A stretch of DNA of 64,000 nt. Origin: Octopus sinensis. Lineage: Eukaryota. This document shows positions 54,027-64,000 of this stretch, piece after piece. Where the stretch lies: the NCBI RefSeq assembly GCF_006345805.1, contig NC_042998.1, positions 150,722,001 to 150,786,000 of the forward strand, given 5' to 3'. The notes below the pieces were generated by a model. It saw nothing but the letters and a program-made list of their open reading frames with translations. It did no database searches and had not been told where the DNA came from. A program made the translations under genes and the position numbers. Positions within the stretch are counted from its first letter, which is position 1; the number at the start of each line of letters is the position of its first letter.

Positions 54027-54196
54027 GTAAGTCTGAGTAACTGCCTTTCCCATGCCCCAAACCGCATATATTACATCATTTTTCTTTTAGAATTTTTGCG
54101 TAAGCTGGCGTTGTATATGGAGATGGTACGGAAACATATGTAACTTACAATTAAAGATGTATTTAAAAATTTTGCTTGTCTTGTTCTTTTCATTGT

Positions 54197-54231
<35 letters not shown>

Positions 54232-55472
54232 ATGTATACATACACACACACACGCACACACACACACACACACATATATATTTAAGTAGAAAACAATTAG
54301 TTTTAAATCTCTGAGTGACCTTGAATCTTGCTTGCTTGCAATATTACCCAGCCAAACTGGCGCATAGTGGGAAAATACTATGAATTGAGTATCCCCTGAA
54401 ATGTGAATATGAACGGAATGAAACAAATTTCGCCTAAATCGGACAACTGGTTGTTGAGATATTGAGGGTTTTCGAGGAATGAACACCTAAAATGGTGCAT
54501 CATGGAACAATACTCCGAAAATAACTTCACCCTGAAAGGGAAGCAGTTCTAACCTTTTGACTACACACAGAGACTGGGCAACGAAAAAATACGAGATGTT
54601 TTCTACAGGAAATGTTTCTATTTTCGCGTTTGTTAAACTCAATATTTTAATCATTTAGAAATATTTTTAAGTGAATGTGATTTCAAAAATGTAAGTTGTC
54701 TGTGTAGTAAGTATTTATATTTTAGCTTTCTTTAAACAGACAATATTTTAATGGTTTTTCAAATTATTTTCAAGTGAAAACCATTACAAAATTTTTTGGC
54801 GTATTTAAAAGATATTTTAAAGTGAAAAAGGCTTTAAACATGCGGTAAAGGTTTCGTAAAAGACCCGTTCGTAACTTCGGTGTGAAATAATTTTTTCCAT
54901 AGTTTTTTTGGAGAGCATTCAACGTATCTCAAACGCCCAAGGTTTGGCTTCTATTTCTAGCATGCCTCGCTACCACGGAACAGCTATTTGTGATATAAAG
55001 GACCCAAAATATCTGTTACGTGGTAGTAGGGTCTGCAAGAAATAGCAGCTAAATCTTTTTTTTTCAGTGGAAAGGTGCCGTTTACGCGTGATTTCGATGT
55101 CACATTCGTTGAAAGCATGCGAAATAATCCGGAAAAGAAAAAAAAAACCACGAAACAGAACTCCGTTGCTGGGAAACTCAGACTTTCCCGGTAACCAAAG
55201 GGTCATGGATAGTCTAGTTATTATTGTTGTTGTTGTTGTTGTTTTTTGTTGTCGTCGTCGTTGCCAACATCATCATCATCAACATCGTCCTCGTCATTGG
55301 TATGGATTAACTCTGCAGACTTAAGATCATTAGAATTATCTCCTTACATTTATCCAGACTTCACAAGCCGTACTTTGACGTCATCGTCTTGAGCATGAGT
55401 TAAACCATTATCATTCACATCATTATCATCATCATCATCGTTGTCGTCGTCGTCAAAATCAGCAACAACAAC

Positions 55473-55530
<58 letters not shown>

Positions 55531-56562
55531 ATGGGGGTTGTAGTGATAGTGGTGGGTAGGCGATGGTGGTAGATGTTGGCTGCATAATGACAAGATTAAA
55601 GACAGGAGAGGCTACTGCACATCTTCCTACATCAACACGGAACAACTATTACAATAGCAACAACAATTTAGATTTGTGCGTGTGTATGTGTGTGAGTGTG
55701 TCTGTGTGTGTGCATGCGTTCGTTTGTTTGTATACGTGTGTTTGTAAATACGTGTGTATATATATTTAATTAGCTATCTATCTATCTATAACACATACAC
55801 GCACACACACGCACACACACGCACACACACACACACACGTGTGCACCTTTATACACATATTTGTATATTATATGTGCTTGTGAAGGAAGTGAGCTGGCAG
55901 AATCGTTAGCACGTCGGGCAAAATGCTAAGCGGTATTTCACCAGTCACTATGTTCTGAGTTCAAATTCAACCGAGGTCAACTTTACCTTTCATCCTTTTG
56001 GGGTTGATGAAATAAGTATCAGTTACGCAATGAGATCGATGTAATCGACTAGGTCCCTTGCCCCAAATTTCAGACCTTGTGCCTATACTAGAAGGAATTG
56101 TGTGTGTATACATACACACACACATATAGATATATCCACATACATGATAGGCTTCCATACAGTTTCTGTTTACCAAAGCTACTCACAAGGCACTGGTCAG
56201 CCCGGGGCTATAGTAGAAGATAATTCCCCAGGTTGTCGCGCAGTGGGACTGAACGTGAAACCACATCGTTCCAAAGTGAGCTTCTTAACCATACAGCCAT
56301 GACTGAGTATATTTCCGTTGTAATTGTTAAACTAAGGAGTGCAACAATGGTAGTAAAATTTATCGTATTACAACAACCGTTCATAGAAGATATGAAAAGC
56401 CAAGACGGTTAACATCTGACTTTACAATATTAAGTTTCACCCTTCTTCGTACGGAATCTTATTACTTCGTTTAATGAATGGTTTTCTCTCTGTCAAAGGG
56501 TTATTGTCTGATGTGTCCGTATACTTTAACTACCCTTCCCCACTATAAACTCAATATTCCCA

Positions 56563-56929
56563 TTATTACCTCCGCCTTCGCTAAGGTGGAGGTATTGTTT
56601 TCAGTCGTGTTTGTTTGTCTGTCCGTGGACAAGTTATCTCAAGAACCGCTGGATGAATTCGGATGAAACTTTCAGGGATGATTGGCCTTGTGACTGGCAC
56701 GGACTGATTAGATTTTGGGATCGATTCGGTACCGGACAAGGATTCTGGATTATTTTTCCCCCTTTTTTATTTAATTTTTGAGAGCAGTCAGGTTCATTTT
56801 TAATATTCTCGTTTGTGAGAGCAGTCGAGTTTATTTCAGATATTCTCATTTTAAATTATCTCCTGCTAATCGTTGAGAAGACGTTCGTGTTGCCTTGGCG
56901 GAGGTTTGCGCTCTCTGAGTTCTCTTGTT
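56563..56929 (+). mobile_element. Helentron-associated (DINE-1/HINE-like) non-autonomous element
   Basis: 5' TTATTACCTCCGCC with short hairpin (acctcc..ggaggt), a (TTTG/TCTG) microsatellite, and a 3' subterminal inverted copy GGCGGAGGT followed by TGCGCTCTCTGAGT. Confidence 0.7.
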
Positions 56930-59003
56930 AATTTTGTAATTCTGTAAAATTATTTCAAGTAAAAATTTTTGCAGCAGTTCAGAAAAATCCTGTAATATAT
57001 CGTTAGGTGATGTAATTAATCCGTTACTCAGTTGAGCAGCGCCATCTAGCACTTAGGCAGCTTAAGTCATGTCCAGTCTGTTACAAGAATCTAGTTATTA
57101 CTTCTTCATACTTCATCATCTCTCCACCTGGAAAACGACCCCATCTCCAAAGGACATGGTTCTTTGTCTTCCTTACTTAACTAAGCCATAAAAAAAGTTT
57201 TACACCCAAATCTTCCCTAAAGAATTATTTACCGTCTTAAAAACTGTATAAAAGCAAGTGGTTGAGTTTCTTTTAACACGATTCTGCGTTCTGAGTTCAA
57301 ACCTTCCTGAAGATATACTTCTCTTTCATCCTTTCAGAGGTGAGATGGCAGCAGGGGTAAAAAAATAAGGTGTCAGCCCAAGATGGTGGTTTGACAGAAT
57401 TGTTAGAGGGTAGGACTAGGTGCCTTATGGTATTAGTTTTGGCCCTTTGTATTCTGAGTTAGGGGACAGATTTAACACTCTGTTAAATCCCACACGCCCT
57501 TGTTTTTAGAGGCCACTAATAGACTTCCCTTTGATGCAGATATTTGGGCCACGTCTCTAGTGTCAGGATATCTGTCTTCCTTTCGCCTTGCACAAAAAAA
57601 GAAAGAAAGAAAGAAAGAGGAAAGAAAAAGAAAGGAAACAGAAAAAGAAAAACGACAATAAAAGAAAAAACCCATAGTAGCTGTTCTTAGCCCTCTGACG
57701 GATCGGTAAAACAAAATAAAAGACCACCTCCTCTACGCAAAAGATAGAACTATTATTGGAAGAAATTTAGGAGTGAAATAATCATTAAAAATTTTTGTAG
57801 ATTCTTTTACTCGGTATGGATTTGGGAAAAGAGAATCATTACCAGCAAAGGTTCCTCGACAATGACTTGGATCTTTGGAAATTAAAGAATTTCTTTGATG
57901 TTTCCTTAGTTCTTATGGACTCAAGCCACTTCAACTAAAGATTGTTTTTGTCATCTATTGTTTGTTTTTGTTTATGTTTTGAATCACTACAGAATTAATT
58001 TCAATCGTATCTCTAATAATCTTTGTCCTTATTCTTCCAATAATCTAACAACAGCTCGTACACAGGATATTACCACAGAAGAAAATTACCAAACCAGTTT
58101 GCTTCATTTTGTGAGGTAGGATGGAGAACCATTTCATCTACCATTTAATTTTTACCCCGTTCTGACATTCGGAGTTACTGTCTTCGAGTAACCTATAGCA
58201 TCAGTTGTCTCCATCACCATCGGTTAAACACATGTGTCTACTAGCGCTAAGTACTGACCGCTCTCGCTAGCCTCGGCGTCACCTCACCAAGCGTCGACTG
58301 GATCTTGGTGTAATTTAACTCAGAACACAAAGACGGACAAAATGCCGCTAAGCATTTTACCCGTCAGGTTAACGATTTTACCAGCTTGCCGCCTTCGCTT
58401 CCGAAATATTGACTTCAAATTTTGACCCAAGGCCAACAATTTCAGGGGAGGAGGCTAATCGATTACATCGAGCCCAGGGCTCAACTTATACTTATTTTAT
58501 CGATCCTGAAGGGATAAAAGGATAAAGTCGACCTCGGCAGTATTCGAACGGACGAAATGCTGCTAAGTATTTTGTCCGTGGCGCTAACGATTCTGCCAGT
58601 TCGCTGCCTTAAGCTTCCGAAATATTGCTATTAGTGGAAGTAATGATGACAGCTGTGTAAATTTATAGCCAAAAGCAGCGTTAATTACCTGCTAACATAT
58701 TAATGATATAACATAATATTAAGTATCGTAATCATCTACGTGAGATCGAACTCTATCCCTAACCAAAACAAGACCATTAATAGAACTCAAGATCGGTGCT
58801 TAACAGGTAAATCCTTACGTTACATTCGCTCCACAACTCCTTAATGGAGTCGTATGAGCGCTGTTGTAAAATATGGCTTGTTTGGTCATTTTTAGAACTA
58901 GTGGAGTCACTCCCTCTACACGGATGACCACAGCCGAGGGACAAACAGACAGATAGAGCGACAGACAAGTAGAGACACAGGCAGACAGAAAGCAGTATGC
59001 AGT

Positions 59004-59303
59004 TGTAGCAATAGCCATTTTAGCCATTTTGAAATGTGGCGCGAATTGACAATATGACGTAATGTCTTTGCCGAAGAAATATCATTTCCTTTCTTTTTTC
59101 ATTGGTTAATATAACTGTTCACTTGACTCAAAAAGAATCGAAATTCATGACAGATGTTCTTTACGAAACTTCTAGAATCTTTATATGAGCAGTTATATTA
59201 ACCAATGGAAGAAAAATGAAAATGATATTTCTTCGGCAAAGACATTACGTCATATTGCCAATTCGCGCCACATTTCAAAATGACTAAAATGGCTATTGCT
59301 ACA
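59004..59303. mobile_element. 300-bp MITE with 118-bp TIRs, TGT...ACA ends and 4-bp TSD (Ginger-like)
   Basis: Arms 59004-59121 and 59186-59303 are near-perfect inverted repeats. CAGT at 59000-59003 and 59304-59307. Confidence 0.8.
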
Positions 59304-60333
59304 CAGTCTATCTGGCGCCTGCTAGTTGTTAGGGTGTTGCATATACGATCGCAAACTCGTGGTTTCGATTTCCGAACCAAGCGGTGCATTGTGTTCCAGA
59401 GCAAAAGATTTCATTTCATTTGACTCCATTCCACTCAGTTGTAAATGAATGACTTTTGAAGGACTTGTGTTCCATCCAGGGGAAATGTTTATAATCTTGG
59501 TCACACTTCATGGAAACTTAAAAACTAGATAACAGGCCTGATGTGTCCTAGGTCCCCAAACAGTAATGTCCAGTAGGAGTGAGGTGACAAAGTTGATGGT
59601 GACGAATCTGTCCGGTTCTCTACCGACTCTGCCAATGGGTCATTTTAACATGTCTAATTCCATCAATGGAATAGTGGCTTTGATCAGCTCTCCCCATCAC
59701 TCAAAACCACCAACCCCACCGCCACCACTACCACCACCAATATCATTGCTGTCACAGAGTGGGAAGGAAACAATTACAACAACAACAACGACATAAGAGT
59801 TAACGACGAGGCTTCTACTTGATCGCTTATCTTGCTAGAAATAGCAGCCAAGTCTCTCAAATCACACCCTACCGTCTTAAGAACTGACGTGTTCAATAAT
59901 GTGATTCTGGGTTTCCTGTACGTAGGAAGAAGTTAGGGTAGTCACTACCGGAATACTTCTCATCTTAGAAAAACGAGTCTTGAATGTGGTAGCTTGCCGT
60001 GCAGGAAATAGTTGTCCAATCTCCCTCATTATCCTACTGACTTAAGGGAAGGACACATTGAATAATGAACTAGATACAATATGTCTTCAAAAATATCGCA
60101 AAACAAAACAAATGTCGCAATCTGGGAGGCCTTTGATCCTCGCTATTCTATTATGGCGGAACTGAAGGTAAACGACGATGACAACAACAAGCAATAACAA
60201 CAACAACAGAAATATTTTTTAAAACATTTATTAGTTTAGTTGTGTATCGTTATTTTGTTAAAGATGGAATAGTTTATTGTTTTTATATCTTTCTGCCAAT
60301 TTTAGTGGTTTATTATAGTCTCAAAGCATTTGA

Positions 60334-60396
<63 letters not shown>

Positions 60397-60549
60397 GCAT
60401 TTATCATCACTCGTTCAGCCTAACAAACAAACAAACAAACGAACAAATATACACAAGATAAAGAAAGTTCCAAAATAATAGGTTTGCAGTTTTGGAAGTG
60501 CAATGGAGATCAAAGCGAAAAAAGAAAAAAATGCGGGCAGAATGGGAGA

Positions 60550-60595
<46 letters not shown>

Positions 60596-60861
60596 TGTGT
60601 GTGCATGCCTCTGTGTGTGAGGGAGAGAGAGAGAAACCTTTTGTCGCTCAGTGTTTGATAGGGCCTTGTGTGTGTATGTGTATGTGTGTGTGTTTGCGTG
60701 GCGCGCGCGTGTGTTACACATTATCTGAAACAAACATATCTTCATACCACTCCTGCGCATACTCACAAAAATAAATGCAACGGTTTTGGGCTCTACGCTG
60801 TCTTCACTCAGATTCATTGCCTGTCCAGTATGTTTAGTACAAATTAGGAAGAAAAAAAAAC

Positions 60862-61258
60862 GGCTTGGTTGTGAGATAAGAAGTTTCCTTCCCAACCACG
60901 AGGTTCCAGGTTCAGTCCCACTGCGTAGCACCTTGGGCAAGTGTCTTCTACTATAGCCTCGGGCCGACCAAAGACTTGTGAGTGGATTTGGTAGACGGAA
61001 ACTGAAAGAAGCCCGTTGTATATGTGTGTTGTGTGTGTGTGTGTATTTGTGTCTGGATCTGTGTTTGTCCCCCCTCCATCGCTTGAAAACCGATGTTGGT
61101 GTGTTTACGTCCCTGTAACATAGCGGTTCGGCACAGAGACCGAGAGAATTAGTAATAGGCTTACAAATAATAAGTCATAGGGTCGATTTGTTCGACTAAG
61201 CGCGGGGGGCTGCAGCACGGCTGCAGTCAGACGACTGAAACAAGTAAAGGAATAAAAG
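60862..61258 (+). mobile_element. SINE family B, near full length
   Basis: Contains CORE-like CTTGGGCAAGTG and the family tail; abuts the hammerhead-bearing fold-back. Confidence 0.85.
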
Positions 61259-61310
61259 AATATACATTATTTACATTTGATGGATATTTGTCCTCATCTT
61301 GTTTGTTGTT

Positions 61311-61356
61311 AACACAACGTCTCGGCTGGCATACCCTCCAGCATTCATCGGGTGCC
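61311..61356 (-). ncRNA. Sister hammerhead-like motif with different lesions
   Basis: Minus strand: GGCAC CCGATGA A TGCTG..CAGCC GAGA C GT T GTGTT. Confidence 0.5.
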
Positions 61357-61607
61357 TTGGAGAAATTTCGAACCTTGGTTCTCATTCCTAAGGTATCTTT
61401 CGATGTTATTATTATTATTGTTGTTGTTGCTATTATTCAGGTCACTGCCTGGAATCGAACTCGGGGGCTGGTAGCCTGCGCTTTTAACCATTACGCCCCA
61501 AGATTCGGAGTTCGATTCCAGGCAGTGACCTGAATAACAACAACAACAACAACAACAACAACGAAAAATACTTTAGGAATGAGAACCCAGGTTCGAAATT
61601 TCCCCAA

Positions 61608-61653
61608 GACACCTGATGAAGGCTGCAGGGTATATCAGCCGAAAAGTTGTGTT
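61608..61653 (+). ncRNA. Minimal type I hammerhead ribozyme-like motif (one core lesion)
   Basis: Stem I GACAC/GTGTT; core CTGATGA(+A); stem II GGCTG/CAGCC; GAAA; AGTT where the sister copy has CGTT. Confidence 0.6.
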
Positions 61654-62993
61654 AACAACAAACAAGATGAGGACAAATATCCGTCAAATGTAAATAATGT
61701 ACATAATTCCTCATCTCTTAAACATAGAACTGTAAAAGAATATATATGCCAATTTTCTAAAATTATGACCAACTCTTTGGCAGAAATTAGAAAGAATTTT
61801 CACAATGTTGGCAAAATAAGTTTCTAGGTTGAATATAAACACTCCTGCTTCATTCTTTTCATTCCAGTTGCTTTATATTTTATCCCTCGTGGTTGACTGC
61901 TATTTAGAGCATTTCACGGAAACCTGACTCAACTTAGATCGGCGAATAAAAAAATCACAACTTACATTAATATAATATGCGCATAATACTTTCTAGATTC
62001 TTTCCTTGCGTTTCATAGCCTCTACGTATCATTTGTGAACTCTCAATGTATGGCTTGTGAGATTCATAATCGTGGAGTTAGTACATATGAATATATACAT
62101 ACACCTACATAAAACATATACGTGTGTTTATAATATGTATATACACACATACATACATATATGTTTGTAAGTGTATAGATATATACATATCGCTCCATAA
62201 TGACTTATAAAGCCGAAACTTCGATATTTCTGCAAATACTTTCCTTGTATACAAACACACACAGACATATACATATAGATACACACACACACACACACAC
62301 ACATGGATGTGTATATGTATTACGAAATTTCCCTTATAATAAACTTCCAGGATTGCACTCTTTTTATTTTATCCCTCTACCTCTCTGTTCGGAGTGCTCC
62401 CTATGTCTTTTGTTTTGTACACTGAATGCAATTGCTTTTCTGATTATACTCAAACTGATATACTGGATTGTGTACACACACACATACACACGTTACATAT
62501 TATGTATATATACACACACGTATATATAATGTTATCTATGTATATATATAAAGAATAACTAATAACAAAACAAGAAAATTATAGCAAAATTAAGTAAATC
62601 AAAAAGATTCTAGTATTTATGAATCGTTTGTGTTCTGTAAAAATAACCACACCCATCCTTTTTCACATCTACTGTAGCCTAATTATTATTATTGTTATTG
62701 TTATGATTATTATTATTATCATCATCATTGTTGTTATTATTCTCATTACTGTTGTTATACGTATTTGTCGACGATATATTTTTTTTATATGTTTATGTTT
62801 ATATATCTTCTCTTCTATTCTGGAATATTCTTCAAAAACATTGTGCGTGCGTGCTGTATGCATTTGTATGTATGTATCTATGTATGTGTATGTATGCATG
62901 TATGTAAGAATGTATGTATGTACGTACGTATGTAGTCCCTTTTACTTTCCGTACTGAAAGTGCATTTTTCATTCATGATTATAAATAATAATA

Positions 62994-63049
<56 letters not shown>

Positions 63050-63104
63050 TAATAATAATAATTATTATTATTATTATTATTATATTATTATTATTATTAT
63101 TATA

Positions 63105-63152
<48 letters not shown>

Positions 63153-63424
63153 ACCACTAGCATGAAAGACAAAACATTTGTGGACAATAGAAAAGGTTCA
63201 GATCGTCCCAGTTGTTGTCGGGGCGCATGCGTACTATGAGAACCAGAATTGGAAACTATTTTTTTTTTAAATCGGTTTTAGTATCAGGTAGGGACACTCA
63301 CAGAAAAAAAATAAATAACCGCTAGAATACTTCGAAAAGTGCTTGACAATTGGAGGTGTCACCTCAGGCCACTGGTTGAGGACCGGTATAATACCACCAG
63401 CAATAAATGCTGCGCGACAAGCGG
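63153..63424 (+). mobile_element. 3' fragment of an R4/Dong-like element between (ATT)n and (AAT)n arrays
   Basis: Encodes LWTIEKVQIVPVVVGA and ARILRKVL, then a short UTR and (AAT)n from ~63425. Confidence 0.6.
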
Positions 63425-63431
63425 AATAATG

Positions 63432-63491
<60 letters not shown>

Positions 63492-64000
63492 GTAACAACA
63501 ACAATGTTAATAATAAGCGAATGGGTATTTGTAATAAATTTAAGGGAAGAAAAAGCGATTTAAGAACAGGAAAAGATATGAAAGGCAGATAGGTTGATGA
63601 AATATATATATTAAAAAAAAACTGGATCGCAGTCATTGAAATTTTTTATTAAATTTTAATTTTAATCATTTTTTTTTTTTTTGCGCGTGTGTTTAATCTT
63701 ATCTGAACCCGACTGGAATCCTGTGAAGGATACATGAGAAATGGGAGTTTGAGTGGTGTAGCATTAATAAAGAAAAGTTCAAGTGAATCGGGTTGATCTG
63801 GCACTGGATGCCAGTCTACCCAGAGTTTACCGTCGCCTGACGATGCCTGCCGCTCTTATGTCGACTATAATGACAAAGCATTATAACGATAACGATTATT
63901 ATAATTATTGTTATCATTTATATAGACTCTGTGAGTAATAATTTCATCATTTGAAGGTAGCAACATATGCCAATAAGATTTTACATACACTCAACACTCA

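Larger units (their letters stand above)
61263..61735. mobile_element. Head-to-head pair of a tRNA-headed, hammerhead-bearing SINE-like element
   Basis: Inverted arms 61263-61462 and 61508-61701. Minus strand has A-box-like GGCGTAATGG and B-box GTTCGATTC, then (AAT/AAC)n, then a hammerhead-like motif. Confidence 0.75.

Noticed and set aside
57472-57714. 80-aa minus-strand ORF or possible exon after a pyrimidine tract
   Set aside because: No convincing donor, several frames equally plausible, and the tract is a simple repeat.
61463-61530. Genuine tRNA gene
   Set aside because: A and B boxes are present but the anticodon arm is partly deleted and no acceptor stem or cloverleaf forms; treated as a SINE head.
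63831-63864. 34-nt minus-strand micro-exon candidate (TTATAG|..ACG|GTAAAC)
   Set aside because: Weak pyrimidine tract, two open frames, no independent support.

Overview
AT-rich eukaryotic DNA saturated with microsatellites, SINEs, MITEs and LINE remnants, with one 100-N scaffold gap. The repeat families look like those of an octopus genome; this is recognition of repeat types, not a database match. The only long intact reading frame is a full-length RTE-clade LINE (35181-38321, minus strand; APE endonuclease + RT; candidate 9-bp TSD). Almost all other listed ORFs are microsatellite read-through. No host gene is firmly identified, but several short unique segments carry strong splice signals and are reported as low-confidence exons. 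Most interesting: (1) a head-to-head pair of a tRNA-headed element whose two-copy consensus rebuilds a minimal Penelope-type hammerhead ribozyme (61.26-61.74 kb); (2) four sequence-distinct non-coding ~1 kb elements with terminal repeats that share GAAA(C/T)-N23/24-CTGANGA; (3) two apparently independent 5'-truncated Tx1-clade insertions in one (GATA)n array, with related Tx1 3' ends docked in (CAT)n and (TC)n; (4) four R4/Dong-like 3' ends all abutting (TAA)n; (5) many fold-back structures consistent with template switching.
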